The position numbers and the translations under genes were made by a program. Shown one piece after another: positions 12,527-27,859 of a stretch of 64,000 bases of DNA. The stretch comes from Octopus vulgaris (Eukaryota), in the NCBI GenBank assembly GCA_951406725.2, contig OX597840.1, forward strand, positions 16,492,001-16,556,000, read 5' to 3'. Below the pieces are notes generated by a model, which was given only the letters and a program-made list of their open reading frames with translations, ran no database searches and had not been told where the DNA came from. The first letter of the stretch is position 1. The number at the start of each line of letters is the position of its first letter.

Positions 12527-13224
12527 CTATATCTACCGCCCACCACACATATGGTTAAATTTTACAAACTTATTGTTTTAGCAAAGAATCTCTACTTGCA
12601 TTAATTAAAACAACTCTTCAGGAAATAAAAATATTTTGAATCTGTAAATGCCATAAAAATGACCTCAGAACATTTCTTTACAATTTAAGCTCCCCCCCTC
12701 TCTCTCTCCCCTCCCCCCTCTCTCTATATATAAGAAAATAAGATGACAAAGGAATAAAACAGTTGTCTCATGAACTTAATTAGCTTACAGCTGTTTCTGC
12801 TATATAATGCAGTGGACTCATAGTTGAGTGGTGTGCTTACGTCCCCATAACTTAGCGGTTCTGCAAAAGAGACCGATAGAATAAGTACTAGGCTTACAAA
12901 GAATAAGTCCTGGGCTCGCTTTGCTCGCCTAAAAGTGGTGCTCCAGCATGACCACAGTCAAATGACTGAAACAAATAAAAGAGTATATCTATTCATCCAT
13001 CCACCCATCAACCAATCAAGAATGTTGCTAACAGAGATTTCGAAGTTCCAGCAGTTAAGCCATCATCACATGTTTAGTGTAACCTATCAGATCAATGTAA
13101 AATTGTTTTTATTATAATTGAACATAAAAACAAATAGTAATGTCTGTCTGTCTGTATATATGTAACCACATGTGAATCGTTGGTGATTTTCTTCCTCTGT
13201 CTTCCCTTTTTTTGGACTTTCCCC

Positions 13225-13260
13225 TTTTTCTGAAGAAGAGCTTTGCTCGAAACATTAAAC
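13225..13260 (+). ncRNA. Minimal hammerhead ribozyme-like motif (Penelope-associated type)
   Basis: CTGAAGA (13230) - stem II GAGC-ttt-GCTC - GAAA - CAT-TA; stem I is weak. Confidence 0.5.
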
Positions 13261-13856
13261 CACCTTTCTTTCCTTTCCTGAGCGTCTGCTAATACTTAGC
13301 ATGTACCACGTCCTCGCATTGTTGTTTTTCATGTTTGTTCTTCTCTTTTTGGATTTGCGGTATCTATATATATTTAAGTCACATTGTATGGATTCAAGTA
13401 ATCCAATAGTACTCATAAAAAAATCTCCTTAATATATCATTCTACAAAACATATAGATTATATCAAACGTATAGTACAATAAAAAGAGAAACAAAGATTT
13501 TCTTTCACTTGAGGACATAGCTTAAATTCCACATTATTTTGAAGGTTTTTCTTTTGCATTTTGCATTAATGCAGGCATGTAAGTAATTTATATATTATTA
13601 AATATAATTGTTTACATGCTTTTAAGTCATGAAACAATTTGTCATGAAATTAGAATTTTCTTATTTTTAAATAAAATTTCATCAAACTATTTCTCTGTCA
13701 TTTGTGACTTTATATATATATATATATATATAATTTCAACAATTGAGGGTAAAATTAATTAATTATTAATCAATTTCACCAAGTATTCAGTATGTAAAGG
13801 GACCATTTAAGGCGAATTCAAAATATTACATTTTATAAAGGGCTTAGTAAAATAAA

Positions 13857-14073
13857 TTACTTTGCCACATACTGAACTCATTAGAAATAGCAGCCAAAAA
13901 GATTTTTTTAGCCATTTCTAATACTTAAAGAAAATTTCTCTCAGATAGTGTTTACTCAAAATAGCCCATTTTGAGTAAACACTATCTGAGAGAAATTTTC
14001 TTTAAGTATTAGAAATGGCTAAAAAAATCTTTTTGGCTGCTATTTCTAATGAGTTCAGTATGTGGCAAAGTAA
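13857..14073. repeat. Perfect palindrome, 106-bp arms, 5-nt loop
   Basis: 13857-13962 is the exact reverse complement of 13968-14073; loop AGCCC. Confidence 0.95.
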
Positions 14074-14076
14074 AAA

Positions 14077-14599
14077 CTCTACTTGTGAAGACCCGTTGAG
14101 GCAAGTGAGGATCAGAAATGGAAATCGATCAATGGAAATTGCAGATGTGTTACCAGTGCCGGTGGCATGTCGAAACTTTACTTGTGAAGACCCGTTGAGG
14201 CAAGTGAGGATCAGAATGGAAATCGATCAATGGAAATTGCAGATGTGTTACCAGTGCCGGTGGCATGTAAGAGAACCTTCCGTTTCGCGACTGTTGCCAG
14301 CACCGCCCCATTTCGTGTCCGTTGCCAGCCTCGCCTGGCCCTTGTGCCGGTGGCACATAAAAAGCACCATCCGTTCGTGGCCGTTTGCCAGCTCTGTCTG
14401 GCACCTGTGCGGGTGGCTCGTAAAAAGCACCCACTACACTCACGGAGTGGTTGGCGTTAGGAAGGGCATCCAGCCGTAGAAACACTGCCAGATTTGACTG
14501 GGCCTGATGAAGCCTTCTGGCTTCACAGACCCCAGTAGAACCGTCCAACCCATGCTAGCATGGAAAACGGACGCTAAATGATGATGATGATGATGATGA

Positions 14600-14603
<4 letters not shown>
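14077..14603 (+). mobile_element. 5'-truncated RTE 3' UTR copy with internal ~95-bp duplication and (GAT)n tail
   Basis: ACTTGTGAAGACCCGTTGAGGCAAGTG...GTGGCATGT occurs twice (about 14081 and 14179); homologous to the reverse complement of 5271-5800. Confidence 0.8.
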
Positions 14604-14630
<27 letters not shown>

Positions 14631-14634
14631 CTGT

Positions 14635-14706
14635 TCCTTGGTAGTATAGTGGTAAGTATCCCTGCCTGTCACGCGGGAGACCGGGGTTCGATTCCCCGCC
14701 GGGGAG
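14635..14706 (+). tRNA. trnD: tRNA-Asp(GTC)
   Basis: TCCTTGGTAGTATAGTGGTAAGTATCCCTGCCTGTCACGCGGGAGACCGGGGTTCGATTCCCCGCCGGGGAG, 72 nt. Cloverleaf closes (acceptor TCCTTGG/CCGGGGA), anticodon GTC, intact A and B boxes, TTTT at 14715-14718. Confidence 0.93.
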
Positions 14707-14875
14707 GCGAATTATTTTACTACACTCTCGGAGTGGTTGGCGTTAGGAAGGGCATCCAGCTGTAGAAACACTGCCAGATCTGGCTGGCCTGGTGTAGCCT
14801 TCGGGCTCCCCAGACCCCAGTTGAACCGTCCAACCCATGCTAGCATGGAAAGCGGATGTTAAACGATGATGATGA

Positions 14876-14939
<64 letters not shown>

Positions 14940-15466
14940 GTATTTGCCTTAATATGTATGTTAGTGGGATGTGCTGTTTTACTCTATGACTAATTGGTTC
15001 CTCCCTGCCAGAACTTTGGTTCATTGGAAATTCTTAGAAATGAAGGTTGTATTTCTTTGGATCAGAATCACATCAAGTGCATTTGGTGTATTTTCTTTTT
15101 GTTTGAAGGTGGAGGTCTTGTGGGTATCTGCTTTGGTATGTCTGGCTGTTTAGGTTGAGTGGTGGGAGTGCAGGTCAAGTGGAAGGTTGGGTGTAAGTTT
15201 TAGGGGAAGGTGTAAAAGATACATGGTGTGTGTGTGTGTGTGTGTGTGTTTCTTTTCTTGTATAAGAAAAAACCCCAGTTAATTAAAATTTATCTGTGGA
15301 TGAAGTGGTGTACAACAAGGTGGAGTGGAATAACATTTAAAATAAGAACAAGATGTGTGGGTGGGTGTGTCAACAGAATTTGCCAAAAGAAAATTTATCT
15401 TATTTCTGGATAAGAAGAACATGTAAAAATATTTTAATTCTAAATTTATTCAGATATCACAAGATA

Positions 15467-16860
15467 CAGTGGGGGGAAATAGATATTCATACATGTCAAA
15501 ATTCTTTATTTATTTAATTTTTAATGAACATAAATGGGATATACCAATACTATATTTGCATACACATGCATAAACTAAGAATATGCAAAACAAACTAATA
15601 AATTATAGTAACTTAGGAATTTATATTCAATTATAAATATTTAGGGGTGAAAAAAGTATTCGTACAGAACATAAATAACTGATAATTCTGATTTAATACT
15701 TCGTAGCATAACCATTATTCAGTTCCACTTCAACTAATCTCTTCTTGTAATTCTTAATCAATGACTTGCATGTTTCTTTAGCAATTTTTTCCCATTCTTC
15801 TTGACAAATTTTCTTCAAATCTGGATTGCATGTTGGGGCTTTTGAATGAATTTTAATTTTCAAATAACGCCACAAATTTTCAATGGGGTTCAAGTCAGGT
15901 GACTGGCTTGGCCATTCTAATAATTTTATATTGTGATCGACAATCCATTTTTTGGTAGACTTCGCCGTGTGCTTAAGGTCGTTATCCTGTTGTAAAACCC
16001 ACCCTTCACAAAGCTGGAGCTTTTCTATAGAGTCCCATAAATTATTGTTCAAAATATTTAGGTACATCTCTGCATTCATTCTACCATCTATCACATGTAA
16101 ATTGCCATTACCATTTGCAGAGAAACACCCCCACGCCATGATGTTGCCACCTCCAAACTTTATGGTAGGAATTGTGTTTTTCGGTGATAAGGCGGTACCA
16201 TCTTTCCTCCAAACATGGCTATGCGAATTTCATCCAAACATGGCTATGCGAATTTCATCCAAACAATTCAATTTTTGACTCATCTGTCCATAAAACATTT
16301 TCCCAGAATGTATATCTTTATGTTCATAAACAAATTTTAAACGGGCATCTCTATGCCTTTTAGTCAACAGCAGAATTTTTCTAGGAGAGCGTGACTTCAG
16401 TTCATTCCTATGAAATTCATTGCTGATTGTTCGTAGTGTAACACTAGTCCCTGAAGCTAACAAATCTTCTTGCAACTCCTTTCTGGTGATCATTGTGTTT
16501 TTTTTTATTCTTCGCTTCATTTTTCTTAAAGATCTAGGGGAAATCTTGCATGGTGCACCAGATCTTATTCTGTTTTCAACAGTTCCCGATTTTTTATATC
16601 TCTGAATAAATGAAGATATGGTAGAAAATGGAATACAAAGGGTCTCTGATATTTTCCTGTAACTTTTACCTGCTTTCCACTGTTCAATAATTAAGTTTTT
16701 CACTGTATTTGTGAATTCTTTACTTTTCGCAATTATTATGATACTACTTTATGCTGTCTCAGTGCTGAATGAAGAAGCTAGTGTTTTGACACTAAAAAAT
16801 GACAACTGATAAGATTATTGGAATAAACGAGAAAGTACGAATATTTATTTCCCCCCACTG
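15467..16860 (-). mobile_element. Full-length Tc1-like DNA transposon (DD34E), transposase frameshifted
   Basis: TA TSD (15465-66, 16861-62). TIRs CAGTGGGGGGAAATA.ATATTC.TAC. ORFs 16230-16703 (HTH, GKSYRKIS) and 15693-16139 (QQDNDLKH, SPDLNPIENLW); LWTDESKIELFG out of frame; a 25-bp tandem duplication at 16208-16257 disrupts the ORF. Confidence 0.93.
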
Positions 16861-16915
16861 TAAGTTATTTTTAACCATTTCTTCTTGGCATTTTTCAATG
16901 TATTTGGCTTTTCTT

Positions 16916-17087
16916 TAACCCTTTAGCATTCAAGCATGCCATATCAAGCCTCTCACACCTACCCTACAATGTCAGTCTAAAATTAAACAAATACATCATT
17001 GCTACAAGATAATGGATGATTAATTCAAAACAATATGAATAAATAAGAATTACATTTCACTGAGTAATCTGAATGCTAAAGGGTTAA
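16916..17087. mobile_element. Second piggyBac-type MITE family
   Basis: ttaa-CCCTTTAGCATTCA ... TGAATGCTAAAGGG-ttaa terminal inverted repeats with TTAA TSD. Confidence 0.8.
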
Positions 17088-17329
17088 AAACAATTTTTTT
17101 TTTCCTAAATTTTTACTGAAAAATTTTCAAAATTGTTGGTATGGTTTGATATTGAAAAACTTAGTTCACACTTGATTGATTTTTGATATATAAAATAGCC
17201 AATCGGCATTGTTTTGAGATTAAAACAAACTGGAAACTTTTTGTATGACCTCTTGATGTAGAGGTAGAGTTATGGTGGTAACTTAAAGAATGGAAGACCA
17301 TTTTAAAGTGGATTTCAAATTTGAAAATG

Positions 17330-17516
17330 TTACTCTTTACTCTTTTACGTGTTTCAGTCATTTGACTGTGGCCATTAGTCGAGCAAATCAACCCCAGGAC
17401 TTATTCTTTGTAAGCCTAGTACTTATTCTATCGGTCCCTTTTGCCGAACCACTAAGTTACAGGGATGTAAACACACCAGCATCGGTTGTCAAGCAATGTT
17501 GGGTGAGACAAACACA

Positions 17517-17560
<44 letters not shown>

Positions 17561-17728
17561 TATATACGATGGGCTTCTTTCAATTTCTGTCTACTAAATC
17601 CACTTACAAGGCTTTGGCTGGCCCGAGGCTATAGTAGAAGACACTTGCCCAAGGTACCATGCAGTGGGACTGAACCTGGAACCGTGTGCTTCGTAAGCAA
17701 GCTACTTAACACACAGCCACTCCTATGC
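17330..17728 (-). mobile_element. tRNA-derived SINE (family A, CORE-like), internal (CA)n
   Basis: Reverse complement of the family consensus seen at 35735-36172 and 61865-62240. Confidence 0.85.
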
Positions 17729-17729
17729 C

Positions 17730-18720
17730 TTGAAGTTCAACAACAATGGCGGTGTGAATTTGGAACAAAACCTTCAAGACACCTGACAATTTCATGGATT
17801 TGTGATAAATTTGAAACACATGATACTATGTGTGATGAACAACAGGGAAAATGCAGCAGACCTTGTACAGTGACAGGTGCTGCTTTCTCAGCTATGGTGT
17901 TAGAACATTTCACACACTCCTCACAGAAGTTGATTGCACAACGTGCATGCGAGGCAGGAATAAGCAGTACAAGCATGCAGTGCATTCTTGAAAGAACTAA
18001 TTGGAAAATTTACAACCCAAGATTATTACATGCAATTAACGATGATGATTCTGACTGTTGAAGAATTTAGTTTTGTGAGTAGTTTCAACACAAGGATGAA
18101 GTTTTTGTGGGGATGGATGTGTGGTTTGATGAAGCAAAATTTAAGCTAAATGGAACAATGAACAGTGTCATCAAGAGTTTTAATAGGACCATTTTTCTTT
18201 GAAGGTACTGTTTCTGGTCACGCATACCTTGACATGCTATGCTCATACATTGTTACCTGCCATACATGCACTTTATGAAAATGATGAACTTTTCTTTCAA
18301 GAAGACAGTACTCTGCCACACTACTGCCAAAATGTGTGAGCTTACCTGGATGAGAATTTGCAAGGCCGCTGGATAGGACATAGAGGGTGCAGTTGAATCC
18401 CTCGCTCATTCTCCTGATGTAACACCTGCAGACATAAAGAATGTTTTATATCACAGAAAACTGGTTACACTGATGGCCCTTTAGGAAGATATTGAAATGA
18501 CATGTACAAGAATTCCACTGGACACTTTAGCCAATGTTACCCAAGCAGCAGTTTGTCATACTAATAATCAACTGGAAGCTAATGCTCAACACTTGAGCAC
18601 CTCTTATACTAATAGAGGTTAGAGGTAACTCAGATGATGTCAAAATAAATTTGGTATTAAAATATTTCTACACATTTTTCTTTTCTTGAACTGTGTATGC
18701 TTTTTCTGGTAGACTGTGTA
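17730..18720 (+). mobile_element. Degenerate mariner-like transposase
   Basis: EVQQQWRCEFGT.PS..LTI..I.DKFE...RP N-terminus, WFDEAKFKLNG first-Asp motif, SPDVTP remnant; many stops. Confidence 0.65.
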
Positions 18721-18729
18721 TATGTATAT

Positions 18730-18772
<43 letters not shown>

Positions 18773-19371
18773 CTCTAGATAGACAGACAAATAGATAGAT
18801 AGATGTGTATGATTTGGTGTGGTTGAGAAGACACATCAAGCTAAGTAAAACTGTGGCCATCCATGTGTATGTGTAGGTCCTTTATGGCCCATGCCGGCAC
18901 CATGTAAGAAGAACCCATGCTGGTACCACATAAGAAGCACCCAGTACACTTTGTAAAGTGGTTGGTGTTAGGAAGGGCATTCAGCCATAGAAACAATACC
19001 AAAACAGAGTCTGGGCAGATGTCTGGTTGGCCAGTTTCTGTCAAACAGTCTAACCCATACCAGCATGAAAAACAAATGTTAAACGCTGATGATGATGATG
19101 ATATATATATAATACGGAATCACATGACCACCAGGCTATCAGATATTGTTACACATTGCTGTTCACAATGTGCTATTTTAGCTTTCAAATGATGCCACCT
19201 CACTGACTGGGTGAGCAGGCCATAATTCACCCCTGATTGAAAATGGGGATTGGAGCAACATGAAATGAAGTGTTTTGCTTAAGAACATAATGCATTGCAC
19301 AGTTGGGGAATTGAACCTGTGATCTAGCAATTGTGTGTGCAACAGCCTTACCACTAGGCTATGTTCCTTCA

Positions 19372-19713
<342 letters not shown>

Positions 19714-20354
19714 GAGAGAGTGAGGGGTTAGCTGAGCTAGAGGTTAAAATAACCATCTAAAGGGTAGAAGTATCCGTTACACTACCAGTATATTACCTAT
19801 CTTTAACCATGGGCATACATATGCAAGCATATTATGCTCATAAATTATAATGGGATGCAGTCTATTTGTATTGAATTAATGAATAATAATTGATGTAAGT
19901 CAATTGTTGTTCATTGATATTTCTTCATTTGCTCTTTTTAAAATTTTATATATATAATATATATATGTTATATCTTCCTGAGTGTGTGTGTATTTGTTCT
20001 GAGAAACTTTGGTGCATAAAAATTTGGAAGAGTCAGGTTAGAATTAAAGAGTTGCATATGCGGTGAGTGGTCTAGAAGCTGTGAGTGAAAATTTGTTTGG
20101 TGGTTTGGTGAACATCTGGAGATAATGATCACAGGGGGTATAGGTTTTGTTGGTTTTCTGAGCTAATTAAATTTATTTATAGAAGGGTGAGAATATGTTC
20201 ATTAAGGCATTGGTGTTGAGTGGTGGAACTAAAAATCGTGAGTGTGTATATATATTAGAGGTGGGAGGGAAGATTGTTAGTTCAAGTAGAATGCTTATTT
20301 ATATAGATGGTTAGATGTAAGACAACAAACACAGAGAGATGAAAGAAGGCTAAT

Positions 20355-21395
<1,041 letters not shown>

Positions 21396-21764
21396 ACAAT
21401 TGTAGCGTGGAAGGTGTTTATAAGCCATTTAAGAAACACACAAAAACCGTTAGATTCATTTAAACATTTAAATTTAATTTGTCAAAATATTTTTGTTGCT
21501 TTGAGACTGCGACCTGTTCACTGACAAAACTTTGTGCTGCATCATGAAGTGATCAATGGTTTCGCATCCACAAAGGCCTTAGCTCCGGCTTTAGAGCTTG
21601 ATAAGATGTTCTCACAGCCGTTGCATCCATTTTAAATGCTACCTGCTGCAAGTATGGGATTCCCCTTTCTCCAATTAGACCAACTGTAAAATTAAATTTT
21701 GATGTCCTCACTCCATATTCTTTATAATTGTTTCAAATATATATATATATATATATATATAGAC

Positions 21765-21809
<45 letters not shown>

Positions 21810-22087
21810 TATATATAGATAGATAAATTTGGTGATGCAAACAGGAAAAATAGAGCTCAAAATACAAGTACTGGTTTATTTTTATTAATAGTTAGCCGAG
21901 AGATGCAAAAAAAGTAAATAAATAAAAGCACCTGATACACTTCGTAAAAGTGGTTGGCACTAGGAAGGGCATCCAGACTTAGAAGACATTACAAAGTAAG
22001 CATCAGAGCACAATGCATTCCTTGGTGCACAAATCCTGTCACACTGTCCAACACATGCCAGCATGGAACATGGATGTTAAATGATGA

Positions 22088-22197
22088 TGGTGGTGGTGGT
22101 GGTGGTGGTGGTGGTGGTGATGGTGGTGGTGGTGGTGGTGGTGGTGGTAATGGTGGTGGTGGTGATGGTGGTGGTGGTGATGGTGGTGGTGGTGGTA
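22088..22197. repeat. (GGT)n trinucleotide repeat
   Basis: Direct reading; grown from an RTE-type (GAT)n tail, about 65 bp upstream of a COX exon. Confidence 0.95.
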
Positions 22198-22261
22198 ATG
22201 ATGTACATGCATATACATATATATGTCTACACACACTGAACATTTGTTTTTCTCTTTTCAG

Positions 22262-22390
22262 TCCGTATCGGTGGATATATACACACATTAAGTTACTCCA
22301 TGACCGTTACCAATGCCAATGATGAATCAATGAGTCTTCAAATCTTGCCGTCAGTGCCAATGAATTGCCCAACACCCCTGGGTGTAGTAG
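22262..22390 (+). CDS. PTGS: COX-like gene, exon equivalent to PTGS2 exon 4
   Basis: ttttcag acceptor, gtactg donor at 22391. Translates FRIGGYIHTLSYSMTVTNANDESMSLQILPSVPMNCPTPLGVVG, with the COX LP.VP..CPTP.GV.G motif and an Arg120 equivalent. 129 nt, phase 1-1. Confidence 0.9.
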
Positions 22391-22859
22391 GTACTGTGTC
22401 CCTTGATATTCATTAGGAGTACAGCATTGACAGAATCTGTAAAGATGGTGAACCAATTCTGTTGCTTATTAATGATTGTTAATCTATGTTATTTTACATT
22501 TCTGTCGGTAGCAGCCAGATAGAATCGGCTCTTCGTTCTTCAAGTGTTGATAAAATGGTCACCAGTGTCATTGTTATTGTTCAGTTTTGACCCTTTCAGT
22601 TCAGAGTTCAGATGCCAGCTAGGTGAAATATTGTCTTTTATCCCCTTGATACAATGGATACCCATAATATGTGTAGGTGTGACTCTATTCATTATCGTAT
22701 TCAGACAGTTTGCTTTGCAACAATGTGGATACCTCTTATGTGTTTAAATGTACACTGTATTTTATATGAATAATATACAGTATATTGACTAATTTTTCTA
22801 CACGCTAGGCCACAGGTAGTAAAAATTTCTAAAATCTTTATTATCCTGATATTATTAAT

Positions 22860-24202
<1,343 letters not shown>

Positions 24203-24831
24203 TTCTCTTTTTCTCTTTCTCTTTTACTTGTTTCAGTCATTTGACTGTGGCCATGCTGGAGCACCGCCTTTAGTCGAGCAACTCGACCCTGGGACTTATT
24301 CTTTTTGTAAGCCCAGTACTTATTCTATCGGTCTCTTTTTGCCGAACCGCTATATATATATATATATATACATACATATATATATATATATACATATATA
24401 TATTTATATATATATATATATATACATACACATACATACATATATATACACATACATACGTACGTACATACATACATACATACATATATATATGCACATG
24501 CACACACACATGCAGATAGATAGAGAGAGAGAGTGTGTGTGTGTGACCTTGGATCAGAGAGATGAATTTATTGTAGTTACATTACAGTTCAAACCAGTCG
24601 AGTAATTATTATTAGTTTCTAAATAATGAAAGCAAATAATTGAAATGAATGACAATTGATGGATGTGAGTGTGGAAGAAAGTCTAGGAATGGAGGGGCAA
24701 AGGTCATGATAAATGTAGCTAATGGGGCTCCATATTAATATATTGTAGTGTCACCTAGGGTGTTGTATTGTAATGTAATGTCTAGTCATGTATTTTGTTA
24801 GCAAATAACCAAAATCTTCTGTTTTACTCAG

Positions 24832-24989
24832 GTGAATCGATTCTTCCACCAATTGATGATGTAATGCCCCTGTTTATGCGGTCAATGTTTAAACCAGATC
24901 CAATGGGTTCTAATCTATTGTTTGCCACCCAAGCTGACCACTTAAGCCATCTCTTTCTCAAGACTGGTTTCTCTAGTCTCTCTGAAGTG
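24832..24989 (+). CDS. PTGS: COX-like gene, exon equivalent to PTGS2 exon 5 (distal heme helix)
   Basis: ctcag acceptor, gtaaga donor at 24990. GESILPPIDDVMPLFMRSMFKPDPMGSNLLFATQADHLSHLFLKTGFSSLSEV vs COX [26 protein letters not shown]. 158 nt, phase 1-0. Confidence 0.93.
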
Positions 24990-25911
24990 GTAAGACACAG
25001 TATTGTTGTTATTGTTGACGTTTGTATGTCAGACTCTTTGAGAAGATTTTTTGGACAAAATATAGCAGCTAGTGCTGTTCCATGTTTGTATATACATTTA
25101 TAGGGACGAGTGTGTTTGCATGGTTGAGAAACTTGCTTCCCAACCACATGGTTCTGGGTTCAGTCCTACTACATGTCATCTTGGGCAAGTATCTTCTACA
25201 ATAGCCCTATGTTGCATGTGGATTTAGTGGATGGAAACTGAAAGAAACCTGTCACGTGTGTGTGTATGTGTATATGTATGTATGTATGTACATACATATA
25301 TATATATGTATGTGTATGTATGTACATTTATATATATATATTTATATACTAGCTGGACCCATGAAAAATTCACGGAAAGCATAAAAAATTTAAGCATCAG
25401 TAAATTGTGTGCTGGTGCCATGAGAAATGTTTCTTTATTGTGACAGTTACCGGTAATAAAGTCACAATTAATTTATGGGATCCAGATAAAACCTCCCTAG
25501 GACAAAACCCCGTCGGACTCCCACTCCCCGACAAAACACCTGTGACTTTATTACTATGACTTTTTTCCTGTGACTTTCTACCTGTGACTTTTTTACCTGG
25601 ATTCATAAAACCAATAACTAAATAATCCAACCAAAATATCTCAGTTAAGCAGACGTTAACAGAATTACTATTTAGCCTTAAAATACATCGTACATATTCA
25701 AAGACTCTTCTTGGTTTATTGGCATGGAATGATCTTCTGGTATTCTTTTACTTGTTTTAGTCAAAGAAAGCGACCCTTGGACTTATTCCCTGTAAGCCTG
25801 GAGCTTATTCTATTAGTCTCTTCAGCCAAACAACTAAGTTACAGGGGTGCAAACACACCAACACTGGTTGTCAAACAATGGAGGTGGGGGGACAAACACA
25901 AGCAAACACAC

Positions 25912-26143
<232 letters not shown>

Positions 26144-26599
26144 CATATATATATGGTTCCGTTTTCAGCAGAGAAAGACGTGATTGCCTTTGCTCTGTGA
26201 AAAAGTCTGCATAGAACGGCGAAATAACCCACTGTAGTTGCAAAACGTAAAACTCTAAGTCATAGAGATCACTACAACACTTTGGTTAAAAATATTTTAA
26301 AAAATATATATATAAATATATACATATACACAGTAATTTTCATTTTCGCCGAAACGCACATGGTGCAAAAATAACTGAATCAAGTTATCTCCTGCAAGAA
26401 AGAAAAAAGAAGCATCTCTCCCGAAAAAAATCCCGTAAACCAAAAAAAAAATTATCCAGACCACATTGTTGGATTAAGTATCAATTTCATCTATTTCATA
26501 TTTTATTTATTATTCTATTTTATCTTTCACTTAGGCCCACATCTCAGTTAAAGTTGCGATCGTCATTTGGTTTGTTTACATTTTCAATAACTGTTCTCG

Positions 26600-27800
26600 A
26601 TATAATAATTTTCCAGATACTCTATCTTCTAATTAGCCTTAAGATTAAATTAAATAACGTTTAATATTGATACCGTCAAATTAGCCTTAGGATTAAATTA
26701 AATAACGTTTAATATAGTTTAATATTGTTAATAATTATTGTTAATTAGCCTTAAGATTAAATTAAATAACGTTTAATATTGTTTTAATATTGTTAATAAT
26801 TTTTCAGATACTCTATCTTCTAATTAGCCTTAAGATTAAATTAAATAACGTTTAATATTAATAACGTCTAATTAGCCTTAGGATTAAATTAAATAACGTT
26901 TAATATTGTTAATAATTATTGTTAATTAGCCTTAGGATTAAATTAAATAACGTTTAATATTGTTTAATATTGTTAATAATTACTGTTAATTAGCCTTAAG
27001 ATTAAATTAAATAACGTTTAATATTGTCTAATATTGTTAATAATTATTGTTAATTAGCCTTAGGATTAAATTAAATAACGTTTAATATTGTTTAATATTG
27101 TTAATAATTATTGTTAATTAGCCTTAAGATTAAATTAAATAACGTTTAATATTGTTTTAATATTGTTAATACTTCTTCAGATACTCTATCTTCTAACTAG
27201 CCTTAAGATTAAATTAAATAACGTTTAATATTACCCACACTCTAATATAATATTAACATTGCTAATATATTTTCAGATACTCTATCTCCTGATTAGCCTT
27301 AAGATTAAATAACGTTTTTATCCACACTCTAATATAATATTAATATTGCTAATATATTTTCAGATACTCTATCTTCTAATTAGCCTTAAGATTAAATTAA
27401 ATAACGTTTAATATTAATAACGTCTAATTAGCCTTAAGATTAAATTAAATAACGGTTAATATTGCTTAATATTGTATATATAATTTTTCAGATACTCTGT
27501 CTTCTAATTAGCCTTAAGATTAAATTAAATAACGTTTAATATTACCCACACTCTAATATAATATTAATATTGCTAATATATTTTCAGATACTCTATCTCC
27601 AAATTAGCCTTAAGATTAAATAACGTTTTTTTACCCACACTCTAATATAATATTAATATTGCTAATATATTTTCAGATACTCTATCTCCTAATTAGCCTT
27701 AAGATTAAATAACGTTTTTACCCAAATAACGTTTTTACACAAACTTTAATATTGTTAATATTTCTTTTTCAAGTACTCTATCTTCTAATTAGCCTTAATA
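26600..27800. repeat. AT-rich minisatellite, core TAATTAGCCTTA(A/G)GATTAAATTAAATAACGTTTAATATT
   Basis: Roughly 15-20 copies of the core with variable spacers (CAGATACTCTATCTTC, CCCACACTCTAATATAAT), ending just before LINE ORF1. Confidence 0.93.
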
Positions 27801-27859
27801 TCTTCCTGTCTTCTCTCGAACATAATTAGATAGATAAACGGATAGACGGATTATCCAGC

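Noticed and set aside
21954-22322. Poly-Gly, poly-Pro and poly-His ORFs
   Set aside because: Produced by the (GGT)n repeat; the real exon (22262-22390) is in another frame.
26600-27800. Repeat-spacer appearance suggesting a CRISPR array
   Set aside because: The spacers are themselves repeated, the context is a eukaryotic intron and there are no cas genes; it is a minisatellite.
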